Assembly (NCBI RefSeq): GCF_009914755.1 | Contig: NC_060937.1 | Origin: the human T2T-CHM13v2.0 reference genome, Homo sapiens | Strand: one strand, 5' to 3' | DNA length: 64,000 nucleotides | Shown: in pieces, positions 25,176-38,107 of the stretch | Layout: each line of letters starts with the position of its first letter | Numbering within the stretch: position 1 is the first letter of the stretch | The notes under the pieces: model-generated | Database searches by the model: none | Told to the model about the DNA's origin: nothing | Seen by the model: only the letters and a program-made list of their open reading frames with translations | Translations under genes and position numbers: made by a program

Positions 25176-27694
25176 CACAGGAAGGATCTAGAAGGATCCA
25201 GAAGGATCTAGATGACAGAGCTGTCTGTCTCTAAGTCACACTGAATCCAGCTGTATGACTCTGTAGGCCATCAAACCTCTCTGAGCTCCACTATCCACAC
25301 CTGAAAATGGGGGCTAGGCTATACTTTTCATGATCCCTTTCAGTTGCAAAACTTTATAATCCTACCATAATCATGCTGTAGGAACTGCTGCCTTCATGAG
25401 TAACCTGGAAAATACATCCTAATTGGAAGAGATGTCAGGGAATCATCTAGGACCTCCCCCCTTCTCCAATGAGGTATGTTCTTGCCTCCCTGGGTGGGGC
25501 GACTTAGTGGGGTCTTAGGTGTATGAGTTATAGGGTACAATGGCCTACCTAGCTGCAGGGTCAATTTACTTAAACATTTTCAGGTTCAAGATTTTTTGGT
25601 TCTAACAATGATGAATATGTTGTGGAGTAAAATGCAGTAATTTCATAAAATTTAAAGCTAAAACATAAAACATCAATAAGCCTTTTCTGCAGTGAATGAG
25701 GACTTAGCTCTCGGACATATGAAGGGAGCAAATAGAACACAGTATGTGTGAAAGTCAGAGTAAGAAACTTATTTTTTCCCTTTGGGCTTTTTTCCCCTTC
25801 TTTTTCTTTTTAAAACCTCTATTCACAGGAGATACCTACAGAGACTTTTCATAAAAATTTCCTCCAAAATGAAAATTTACTCTAAATGATGTTCTAGACC
25901 ATCTTGGAAAACATGAAGAAACAACTTTGACAGACAGAAAAAAATCATCTCACTGTAACATCTCTGCCAAAGCTGTGCTAAAGTAAGATAGTTGAGCCTT
26001 AATTCCTGCTTTAATTGAATGCTTTGGAGGTGGCAGAAAAGTAAATGCATGAATAATGTACACATGGATGAGCTTTACATTCCATAAAAAATGAAGAAAA
26101 AGCAGACTTCAGCAGATGCTCAGTGGACATGGAGGAGTGTGCAGAGGTAAGTTTAGCCTACAGTGATATGTGATTTTTACACCAATATGAGCTGCCAAAT
26201 TTCAAACCATGCATGCGGCAGGCAGAAGTAACAAAGTTGCTGTGGATGGGCCTTGGAAATGTGTTGCATACACGGTCGGGGGAGGAGATCTTATATTGGG
26301 CCTTCATTGATTATTGATCAAAACATAAAAGAGCTAAAAGAGCTTCTCATCCAAGGTTTTACAGACTTGGTTTAAAAAAATAAAACAGCTTCTCTCCAGA
26401 GACCAAACTTTACACAGCTTTCATCAGCCAAAAAGGCTTACTGTTGGAACCAATGTGCCTGGGTAAATGGGCTTTTACTTGACTGGGGCTGTAATAAATG
26501 ACGATGTCTTCTGGGCTTTCTGTGATTTATGGTGCCCACAGCACTGACTCATACATGATCTGTTTGATCCTAACACTGTCCCTATGAGGAAGGCAGAGGC
26601 AAGAAGTAACATCATCCTTCATGCACAGAAGGAACATATGGAGGCCATGAGAGGTGATGTGATTTGTCCAAAGGACCCAGATGAGTTAAGCATGCAGCAC
26701 CCAGGTCTTCTGACTCCAAAATCCATTTCTCAATGGCCATCGTGCATCCTGTGGACACAGCTGTGATGCATGGGCGCCCATAGAGGTGAAGATAGGAAGC
26801 TCTGAATCCAACTTAGTAAACTTCACTCACAGCCTCTGGGGTATCCACTCCTACTGCTGACCAGTCCTTGTCAGTGAATTCAGGCCTCTCAGATGACCAC
26901 ACAATTTTTTTTTTAAATAACTAAAAATATGTAAAACTGGCAAGGATAATAGCACTTAACAGATTACACTAACCAGGTAGCACAAGGTGCTACGAAGTGG
27001 CAGTCAAGTGCCCCCTGGCAGCTCCAGCCATGAGACACTGAGCAGATCACTAAGCCTTGGTGAGCCTCAGTGTCCTGAAATATGAAAGCACATCTTGGAC
27101 TAGATGACCTCTAATATTTAATAATTCTATGGTATGTCCATGCCTAGGCACTTCCCAAGTAATGAACACTACTTTGAAAAAAACCAAACATACATCATGT
27201 ATGTTTTCTTTCCATCTTCCACCTAAAACTCTGCCCCTTCTAGCAAAAACCAAGTGGACCTGAATCACTGACACTGCTGGCCAGGTCATCTGAGCCAAGG
27301 GCATCTCCTGGTCTCCAGCCTCATATATAAGTGTAAGTGGACCAAAATAGAATTTCAGAACCCAAGAGGCAAATTAACAGATAGAAGAAACTCTATTTGA
27401 ATATCATACATGTACCTTCTAACACAGAAAGTTTACTATTAAGCTGGTAATTCCTTTGCAATTATTTTAGGATGTCAGAACTGTCTAGTCAAGTGGATCA
27501 TTTTATTTACACATAGGACTACATTTCCTTCAAAATCAAGACATAAAGTTCAGAGTAAATACAGGTAGCATATTCTACATCTTTTAGAGTATAAATATGG
27601 CTTATGTTTGATTTCATTAAGGATTTATAGTACCACATAAAGGCCTCTTTTCAGATTGCTTTTTACCACCCCAAAGCGTAAAAGCCATTCATAC

Positions 27695-27817
27695 CTTAGA
27701 AGAGTCTGAACTTTTCATATATGGCTCAGCGCAATGTGTGATGCTCCCCTGAAGGACTTTTTCAATTCTGGCCACAAGAAATATATCTGGATGAGGACAA
27801 GTGACTGAAAATATTCC
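27695..27817 (-). CDS. DOCK9: DOCK9 exon ~13, [41 protein letters not shown]
   Basis: 123 nt, tcctag|GGA…AAG|gtatga. Confidence 0.96.
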
Positions 27818-28204
27818 CTAGGAGGCAAACAATTTTCTTCAGTAAGCAGAATTCACAGCTACGTTAAACAAATCCCATGAACATTAAACAGCAAAGAACA
27901 GTGAAACAGGACAACTAGTAAAAAGCACCCAGTGCCAAACTAGTTAGCTGACAAACAGTTCATCATCTGCTCAAAAAGTCTATTTGGTGAGGGAGGTAAC
28001 TAGGAGAACTTTTAGAAAGAAGAAAGGAAATTAAAAGCCACTTATTTCTCAGCTTGCTTTTACTGTCTAATAATAAATACTATTAATTAAGAGTCTAATG
28101 ACCCCACTTGTGCATTACAAGGTCTAATTTGAGCATTTTTGGTGCATTTAGGTAGCATGCAAAGTGAGTCTGAGTAGTGGGAATGCTGGGCTCATACTCC
28201 CCAC

Positions 28205-28408
28205 CTGCTTCGGATACTGCATGGCGGCTTCATGAAGGATGCCCTTGAGGACAGATGGGCTCTGCCCACTGCCATTCATCAGCACCGGGGACGTGGTGGC
28301 GAGCATTTGCCTCACTGAGAAATGGTTCAGGTCTACGTGGAAATCGGCAGAAATCTTCCGGTTGTATTTTATGTCAAACAGGGATAGAGTAACAAAGAAA
28401 GGTTCAAC
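28205..28408 (-). CDS. DOCK9: DOCK9 exon ~12, VEPFFVTLSLFDIKYNRKISADFHVDLNHFSVRQMLATTSPVLMNGSGQSPSVLKGILHEAAMQYPKQ
   Basis: 204 nt, gttcag|GTT…CAG|gtgggg; contained in ORF 28148..28441. Confidence 0.97.
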
Positions 28409-28887
28409 CTGAACAAAACAAAACAATCCAATGATCACCATGGCTCAAACAGGGACAAAAGAATGTTGCTATCAAAAGAGAAATGACAAGACCTATTTAG
28501 GACTGTTGCCATAAATTACTACTAAACAGTCTCATCCTTCTGCATACAGAGAATTAGCTTATAAAACATTTTAGGAAACAAACAAAACAATTATTTTACC
28601 TTTATGTGTTTTGCTACGTAATGTATGTTCCATAGAAAACACAGTTGCGTTCCCTGAAGCATCTAAGATGAACTCTGTCTCCTGGAAAGCTGAGCACAAA
28701 CCTGCCACCCTCATCTTCCATCACGAACATCCTGTCCTTGCAGGCTAACAACCTCCATATCCTGATCCAAACACTGCACCTCTTTGATACCAGGGACTAG
28801 GATTTCTTATCCAGGCTGCACTGTAAAGGTACATCTGAAACCTCTGCCTACTTTTTTTTAATGTTTATTTTTAAAATGAAAAATTAC

Positions 28888-29028
28888 ATTTGTAGTGGGT
28901 CCTTCTTCATTTTCGGCAACACAGCATTGCAAATTGAAAGATAAATCATTGCACTTGACAAGGATCCTTTTTCCAAACTTCTCTTCAAATGACTTCACTT
29001 CTGGCTCAGCTGATGAGAAGTCAAGCTT
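28888..29028 (-). CDS. DOCK9: DOCK9 exon ~11, KLDFSSAEPEVKSFEEKFGKRILVKCNDLSFNLQCCVAENEEGPTTN
   Basis: 141 nt, ttaaag|AAG…AAT|gtaatt. Confidence 0.95.
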
Positions 29029-29227
29029 CTTTAAAAGAAAATGTAAACATATAAATAAGTTATGCTCTTATTTTAAAAAAACATCATAAATGCATCCAAA
29101 GGAAACGGAATAAAATATGGAAAAGCTATATACACTTATTTACTCACAATAGTGTTGCTATTATATAATCGGTTTCTATGGTTTATAGTAGTTACACACA
29201 TAGTTTATAACAATGGTCAAAGACATG

Positions 29228-29568
<341 letters not shown>

Positions 29569-29624
29569 TCAATGGATGAACTGAAAAAATACAGAGCTTG
29601 AAAATTATGATCATGAACAACAAA

Positions 29625-30070
29625 ACCAATGTCCATCAAGTATCCAACCAAGTGTCCATCAACAGATTTACAAGGATATATAAAATGTAGTATATACATA
29701 CAATGGAATATTCAGCCACAGAAAGGAAGGAAATTCTGACACATGCTACAACATGGATTGACCTTGAAAACATGTTAAGTTTAAGAAGCCAGAAACAAAG
29801 GACAAATACTGTATGATTCCACATTTATGAGGTTCCTAAAATAGGCAGGTTCACAGAGTAGAACAGAGGTTACTAGGGGATGGGGGAAGAAGGAAAGGAA
29901 GGTTATCATTTGATACAAAGTTTCCGTGTGGGAAAATGAAGAAGTTCTGGAAATGGATGGTGGTAATGGTTGTACAACAATGAGAATGTATTTAATGCCA
30001 CTGAACCGTACACTTAAAAATGGTTAAAATGGTAAATTTTATATTATGTATATTTTACAATGATAAACAA
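29625..30070 (+). mobile_element. L1MB 3' end
   Basis: caatggaatattcagcc…gacacatgctacaacatgga…aaagttctggaaatggatggtggtaatggttgtacaacaatg…aaaatggttaaaatggtaaatttt. Confidence 0.88.
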
Positions 30071-30547
30071 AAACTTCTTAAAAGCAAATAAAAAATATAG
30101 ACATATAAACACACATACGTATGGTTATGAGGTTTGTGAGGAAACAGAAAAGTACTTATCGTTAGAGTTAAATGGAAAAGGTTTGTATTTGAGCCTGAGC
30201 CTGGGCTAGTCGGGAATTATCACTGACTCCCAGGCAACTGCAGTGATACCTGTTGTTTTCTGATGGTTATTTTAACAGGTAAATTAGATGTTCTTTGTGA
30301 ACTTGAGAATGTCTTTCAATAAATCTCTCCCAATTTTCAAACATCTATTGAATATCAAATATTCACAATAGTAATGCTATGGTGATAAGATTATACATTT
30401 TTATTTTTCCTCTTTTCCCCAAATTTTCTATAGTTATTTTGCTTGTTTTTCCAAAATAAACAAAGCAAACAAATAAACAAATAAGCCCATCGATGATTTT
30501 CTCTCCCACATTTGGTTTTAAATATTAAACATTTAGATAGTTCTTAC

Positions 30548-30622
30548 CTGGGCATCTGGGTCCAAATAAAAAAGTTTGACTCTGCTTTCACTTTTCAGTT
30601 TGATTTCTGCTTCTCTTGCACT
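30548..30622 (-). CDS. DOCK9: DOCK9 exon ~10, SAREAEIKLKSESRVKLFYLDPDAQ
   Basis: 75 nt, tatcag|AGT…CAG|gtaaga. Confidence 0.95.
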
Positions 30623-30769
30623 CTGATAACAAGATACATGAAAATTACATTTAACACAATCCTTTTCTTGCAAAGGTGCCCAAATACATTTAAAAGCTGC
30701 CCAGTCCTGAAGGTTGAGGCTGCTGGAAAGCTCTGCCTCGTGTTGGAGAGCCGCTGTGTGTGCCAGGGA

Positions 30770-32300
30770 GTGTGCAGCACACAAAGAAAGCACTAGGAGG
30801 AAAAAGAAGTGAAGGTGAGATCCCTGCCCTTCTGAAGCTCACAACCAGTGGCAGAGTCAAAGTCAACACAAAGAAAGCAAAAGAGAATAATTAAGCATCT
30901 GTGTGTCAAGAAAGGCTTCATAAAGTAATGGAATATGGGACAGGCTTGGAATGAAGGGGCAGAATCGAGCTGAACATCCCTGGCTGAATGAAAAGGATGC
31001 ACAGACAGACACTGAGGATGGAAATGAGCCCAGATGATAGACAGGATTTAATAGAGTCCAGTCTGTGACTGGGTGCAAGAAGGGGAAGAGGAAGGAATAT
31101 ATTTTGAATGATGAGATAGAGAAAATGATGGCTGATCTTGAAGGACAAGATGCTAATTAATTCAATAAATATTCATTAAGCACCTCTTATGAGCCAGGCC
31201 CTCAAGTTATGTGAAATGTGAATGAAGGAAGTCCCTAGTCCCAAGGAACACCAGGTGGGGAGAGAGCATATCAACAGGTAATAAGGAAGACAAGAGAAAG
31301 TTTAAAGTACAGTGGGAGCTGACTTGGACTAGGGGGTGGTCGTCAGAAACCACCTCCCAAGGGAAGGCCCATTTGGAAGGACAAGAACACTTGGCCAGGA
31401 AAGGAGAAAAGCGCATTCTAGGAGAAGGCACAGCAGGTGCAAAGGGACAAGTCACACCTGAGCAATGACCAAGTCACTCATCATAACTGAAAGGCAGGGC
31501 ATGATTAAAAAAAAAAAGTGAAAAGAAATGAGTCTGGGATTTGAATGCCAAGGATTGGGGATTTCCCACCCCTTGTTTAGCATATCATCAAGAAAAAAAC
31601 ATAAAAATGGGCAACCAGCAGCCCACAGGGCTGCTTTGCCAATGGCATAGCCATTCTTTATTTCTTTACTTTCTTAATAAACTTGCTTTCACTTAAAAAA
31701 AAAAAAAAGGATTGGGGATTTCATTCAGAATCTAAAATATCCTGCAACCTTTTAGGTAAGAGAATAAAATGAGTTCCACATTTCAGAAGCATCACTCGGG
31801 CAGGGCTGAGGCAATGGGTTAAAAAGGATAAGACCCAGAGGCCCACAATGTCTTTCTTGGGTTATCACACCAGCCTCCCAGTCTCACAGCAGGGCCGATT
31901 AACAAATCCCACATTTCTAGCTTGGGCAGCCTGCTGAATGGTGAATCCATGAACACGACAGAAAACTCAGGAAAAACAAATCTGCCAAAAAGATGATAAT
32001 ATTTTTATCATCTTTGTGTAGAGACGCCTGGGTAGAGATGCCTGTGGAATTTCCAACTGGAAACATCCAATAGACAGCTAAAGGGATGAAACTTAAGCGC
32101 AAGGCTGAGAGGAAGGCTGGAGTTCCAGCCTTGGGAGTGGATGAGATGTCCTGAGGGAGAGGGTGAAAGTGAGTCTGAAGACAAAATCCTGGGGGCCCAA
32201 CATTGAAGAGGTGGACAGAAGAGAGGCCACGGAAGAAAACCGACAGATGGTGGCAGAGATGAGGGCTGGAGATGAAGGATTTGGGAACAGAAAGAGAGAG
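30770..32300. mobile_element. Degraded L2 fragments
   Basis: attcaataaatattcattaagcacct…gagccaggcc and gctgagaggaaggctggag…ttgggagt L2-like segments; boundaries approximate. Confidence 0.5.
31566..31708 (+). mobile_element. Retroposed, polyadenylated 3' fragment of a MER41A-like ERV1 LTR
   Basis: ccaccccttgtttagcatatcatcaag…gggcaaccagcagccc…aataaacttgctttcactt followed by A14; 16-bp TSD aaggattggggatttc. Confidence 0.85.
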
Positions 32301-34069
32301 AGGCTTTTCAGACATTCACAAGATAGAAGTCATCTCCATCTTTATGATTTTTCATGCCTGGTGCCTCTAAGTCTATATTCTGTTCTTCTTGTCAGTCTGA
32401 GCTCTCCACTACTCTCAGTCTCCACAGTTAAGTCTATGGAGTCGGAATAGAATGTACTCTCTCATCTGCTACTTTCCCCAAAGACATGAGTCACATCTCA
32501 GCACTTGATGGGGCACTCACAACCACAGCAGAAAAGGCGTCTTGTCTCTTCTGTTGGTGACAGAACAAAGTCTCTTATTACATTTCTAATCATGGATAAC
32601 GAGAAAATAAGCATCTTAATCTTCTTAGCCATACGATTGTTGTATATAATAGGTCTTTAGCAATGATCCAAACTACCATGATCAGCTGTCTATGTTTATA
32701 TAAAATGGGCACCAGAATACTAAGAAACTGGGTTCTGGTTCTAGTTCAATTAAGTAGCTGTGCAAGCTACTTAGCCTCTCTGGATTCCATTTTCATTTCC
32801 AGGTAAAAATGTTAAACAAGATGATGGCTCAAGTCTGTTGCCACACCAAGTTTATCTTGATGCTATCGATGGGAGCCTGAAGGCTATGGAGGTGAAGGGG
32901 CGTTCCTGCAATCTTCTGTTTATGCTTCCAGGGCAAAACATGTGTCTGTGGTGGAGGCAGGCGCTCTCCATATGGGAGATGGGACCACTTCATTTTATTC
33001 TATCCTGCCTATCACCTTTCCTAATTTTTCACACCAAAAGAGTGAGAACACGTGCAAGTGGAATCTATTTAACTGAACCCAAAGAACTTGCTTTACATTG
33101 TATACTGCCTGTGGTGTTTCCTAACAAAACCATCAGTACTAGGTGCTGCAAGCCACCACCAACAGTTATCTATTCTACTTCTGAATCGTCCGCTTGAGCC
33201 CTTCAACAAAGGCAAATACTGTGTTATGTTCTCAGACGCTAGAGCAGAGGAGTGGGTTCTTAATGTAGATGCAATTCCTAGTGGCTTTCTGAAAGATGCT
33301 TGTTGTCTTGAGCTGACTATGCTAGGAGATAAGAAATGAATAAAGCAAGAATAACTGCTAATGAGCTCGGTATAATTAAAGAACAAATAGGAATGCAGAC
33401 ACAATAAAAGAAAAACAATTAACTACTAGCCAAAATAGACACAAAGCATTCTGATTTTGTCACTAACACCCAACAGATATATTCTTTACCACAGACATCA
33501 TTTATTGGAAAAGAAGGGACAGCTTTAGATGCAAAAATAACCTAAAAGCTTGTAATCTACCTAATATACATCTATTGCTCTGCTACAAGATAAATAAAAA
33601 GCAAATTCGGCTTCTTAAAGTTCCTCCCATCCCTCCTAAGGTCTAAGATGATGCATTAAACACAGAGGATGCCCAACAGTGGCTGATGGAATTACCAAGT
33701 AAAATCTAAGAGGTAGAAAAATGTGGTTCAGGGGTAGCAGGACTTTGCCCCAGAGTCAGGAAACAGTATCTGGAAGAATAGTAACGATAAGAGCTACTAT
33801 TGATAATAGCCAATATCTACCTGCTAGATATTACCCTAAGTGCCCATTTTAATTTTATACAACCTTAGGAGGCAGGTACTATTATTATCCCTGCTCATTA
33901 AAAGAGAAAACACTAAGGCATGAATGTTAGGTACTTTGCCCAAAGACCTACATCATGAAATAGAGGCCTGGCTTCTAACTCAGGTTGCCTGGCTTCAGAG
34001 TCTAAACTATTACACTACACAAGACAGAAGAAAACAAGGTAAACAATGTGAACAAGCAAGTCAGGAAGA

Positions 34070-34760
34070 AAAAACACAAATGGCAAATAAATATATGAAA
34101 ATATGAAAAATATCACTAATAACCAGCAAAATATAAATGAAAGCACAGTAAAATACCATTTTACACTCGTCTGGTGAAGATGCAGAGAAACAGAAATGTG
34201 AATTGTTATAGCCTTTTGGGACGGTAACCTGGCAATGTTTAAAGCATTAAAAACACAATAAACTTTGACTTAAAAATTCCACATTGGGGAATTTCTCCTA
34301 CTGAAATAAGAGCACAAGTATTTAATGTCATGTTGTTTATTGTGTACTGTTTGTAGAGGCTAAAAACTGAAAAAAAAACCTTAAATGTTCATTAATAGGG
34401 AGATGGCTGAATAAACTGTGCAGTAGCAATAGTTGAAATATCATGCAGCTTGCTGATATGTATGTAAGGGGGAACCAGATCTTCCACTGGCCCAGAGGGA
34501 CATCTATGAAATATTTTTAAGTGATACAGAAAATTTCAGAATAATGTATATATCATGAACATATTTTTATTAAAAAAACTTAAAAACCTTACATATGTTT
34601 ATCTATATTTCTATGAGCAATCAGTTTGGTGAAAGGGGAATTGCAACCGGTTATTAACTTCAGTGTTCTCAGGAATGTGGGAATGGAGGATGAAGGGAAA
34701 AGGTGAACTTTTCTTTAAACAACTTTGGGTATTTTTACTTATTGCGGCAAGCACGCTTCT
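34070..34760 (+). mobile_element. Old L1ME-type fragments
   Basis: caaatggcaaataaatatatgaaa…ccttaaatgttcattaatagggagatggctgaataaactgtg. Confidence 0.6.
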
Positions 34761-37234
34761 TTTTAATTAAAATTTTAGTAAAGATAATAAAATAAATACT
34801 TGTAATACGTACTTTCACAATCTAAGAGTGGAGAAAATACAGCTATAACAAATATCATCCCAAAGTCTGTAGTTGAGCACTTCTCAGAGTGATGGAAACC
34901 AGCTCTGCTCTTAAAATAACCTGTGGTCAGTCTATATTGTGATGGTAAGAAGAGCCAACTGGCTTTTCCCCAGACACCCTGTTGCCACTTTCCTGCCCAA
35001 AGCCCACTGACTACTCTGGGTTTCGTGGAGAGGAGAATGAGAGGAAAATGGAGACAGAAAATGCACAATGGCAGAGCTGTTCTCTGTAGAAACTGGTGTT
35101 TGCTGAGAAGACAAGGAAAAGAATGATTCATCTAAACCAAGGGCGATTCCCCCACCCCACCCCATCCTGTAAACCCTACATTCAAGCACTAATGACACAC
35201 CCTGACAAGGTTTTCTTCTTTGTCTTAAGAAGTAGTTATGGACCAAACATTCAAGAGTTTCCAGAAAGTCTGCTGTAGGCTTTAGGCATACTCTGTGTCT
35301 TAAATTTATTTGCGAGTAGATAAAACAATCTAGAGACAAAGATTATGGCCAACAGCATCTTATTCTGAGGATGAATTATCAGAAACAATGTGTTGAATGT
35401 TGGGTCATTTAAACAGATTGGGTTGGAATAGGAGGACTTTGCAAAATGTTTTGAGGCCAAAATATATAATCTTTAATTTAAAGAGTTATCATGATTTATT
35501 TCCACTACTTCCAAGACACCTAACTTCTCAGGACCATCAGTTCATCCTCTTCACAAAGGAGGCCCAGAAATGCAACACCAGCTGACCCCACAGACACAAG
35601 CCTAGCCAGCTCCTTTGTATAATAGTGCAATGATATTGTTTTCTGGATTGGAATCTAGGGAAGAAAGCACTTATTATAGACTTGGTTTAAAAATTAAGAA
35701 AAGGTGTCCGTGAAACTGCTGGGTCCTGACAAGTTCTGCTGAGCATGGCCCTTGATCCTCACTCCATCTCCATGAGACTATAAAGTCTGAGACATCATAC
35801 TTTCCCCTGCATGCAACTGTGGAAGATTTACCTGGAACAATAAGTTCATTTGCTTAAAACAAAGTTAAAAGGTAAAAGGATGTGAGCAATTCCGGATTTA
35901 GAAGAAATTCTACTTCTCTTTCAGAACCACATGGGGAAACCAAAGTAAAAGTTGGATGCTATTCTTTGAGTACAAAAATAAAAGCTCACAAACAGAAAAG
36001 CTGTGGAAGAAAACATAAGGTGGGTTTTCTTCACACTATCTTTAAGGAGGTGACATATATGTTCTGATGTCACCTAAGATATAAATGTAACCAGAGAAAT
36101 AAATTATTAAATAACTAGTAATGAAGTTTATAACCTGATTATGTTACTCCTTGACTTTCTAGGGAAGAAATCAATTAACTAACTTGAACTACGGTTTGTG
36201 TATCAAACTAAAATATTTATAAGACTGATGCTACACACTGTTACATTTACAATAAAAATTGTTTGGTTCCATAATAGACAATAGGAGGAAAAGAACCAGT
36301 TTTAGGGTAAATACAGTGTGTTCTCTAATAAGAAAACAATACAGATGTTCAGTACTAAATGTACAAACATAAGCTCCAAGATTATACAAAATATTCTGAA
36401 AACCTGGGTTTACATCACTCACACTGTAAGTAATGAGCCCTTCCATAATATTCCAGAATGAGACATCAGTTATTTTTGCACTGAAACAACTTCCTGTCGG
36501 TCATATCCTGTTTGGCTATGTCTTAGTCACAGTGGAAAACAAAAGCCGGGGCAACAGGATGAAGGAGGTTAGAGGAGCTGATTAGAAAAGGAACCTGCCA
36601 TGAAATTACACCTTCAGCCACCTTCTGCCTGCCCTCATTGTTCTAGGCCCTTCTTTGTAATCTTACTGAACTGTGGCCCAGCCTCCCAGCCTGACCCTTT
36701 CTTGCACCTTCCTTCCCTGATACTGACCTCTTTACCTCTTCATCCCCTGGGTAAACTCCTTGCACAGTTCTCTCTCCCCACCCCTCCCTCTGCATACTTC
36801 AGTCTCTGATTCTGTAACCATGGAATCCATCCTTCCTAATGGGATGACCAACAGTTATCAGGTCAACTTCTTTGCCTTCTCAACCGGTGCAAATAGTTCA
36901 GACACCCTGAAGGGGGATGATAAACAGCCAAAACTGCATTTTTGCTCAAGGCTGGGGATGGGGAACACAGGTCTCCCCTTACTGCCTGGGCTGCTCACAC
37001 TGACACCAAGCTGGGCTTTAAAAGGCAAAGCCCACAGATACCCATGTGCTGAGTGAATAACTCATCTCCATTTTCTTCATTCTTTTCCCCTTCAAAAAAT
37101 TACTTTCCACCTTTCTACCTTCCTAAATAAAAGTATTTGTAAAACACCTGAAAGCCAGGGGGAAAGAGTAAAAGCCTCTAACAAGGATTCATTTTTCAGG
37201 TTTTGACCATGACTCCTGGTAAGATGTGTTTCAA

Positions 37235-37380
37235 ATTCCCAACACAAAGATAAATGTTTGAGGTGATGGCTATCCCAATTATCCTGATTTGATCATCACA
37301 CATTGTATACAGATATCAAAGTATCACATGAACTCCCAAAATAGGTACATTATATACCAATGAAAGTAAATAAATATACA
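37235..37380 (+). mobile_element. L1MA 3' end fragment
   Basis: gataaatgtttgaggtgatggctatcccaattatcctgatttgatcatcacacattgtata. Confidence 0.8.
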
Positions 37381-37481
37381 TAATAGCACACTAAGAAAAA
37401 CAAATATCTTTTATATCACTATGCAAGACACACATACACACTATATGTATAAATAGTACATTGCCCTTAATAATGACATTA

Positions 37482-37727
<246 letters not shown>

Positions 37728-37781
37728 TCATTATTAAGGGCAGTGTACTTTCATATTCTCCATTCAATTCTATTACATTAA

Positions 37782-38107
<326 letters not shown>

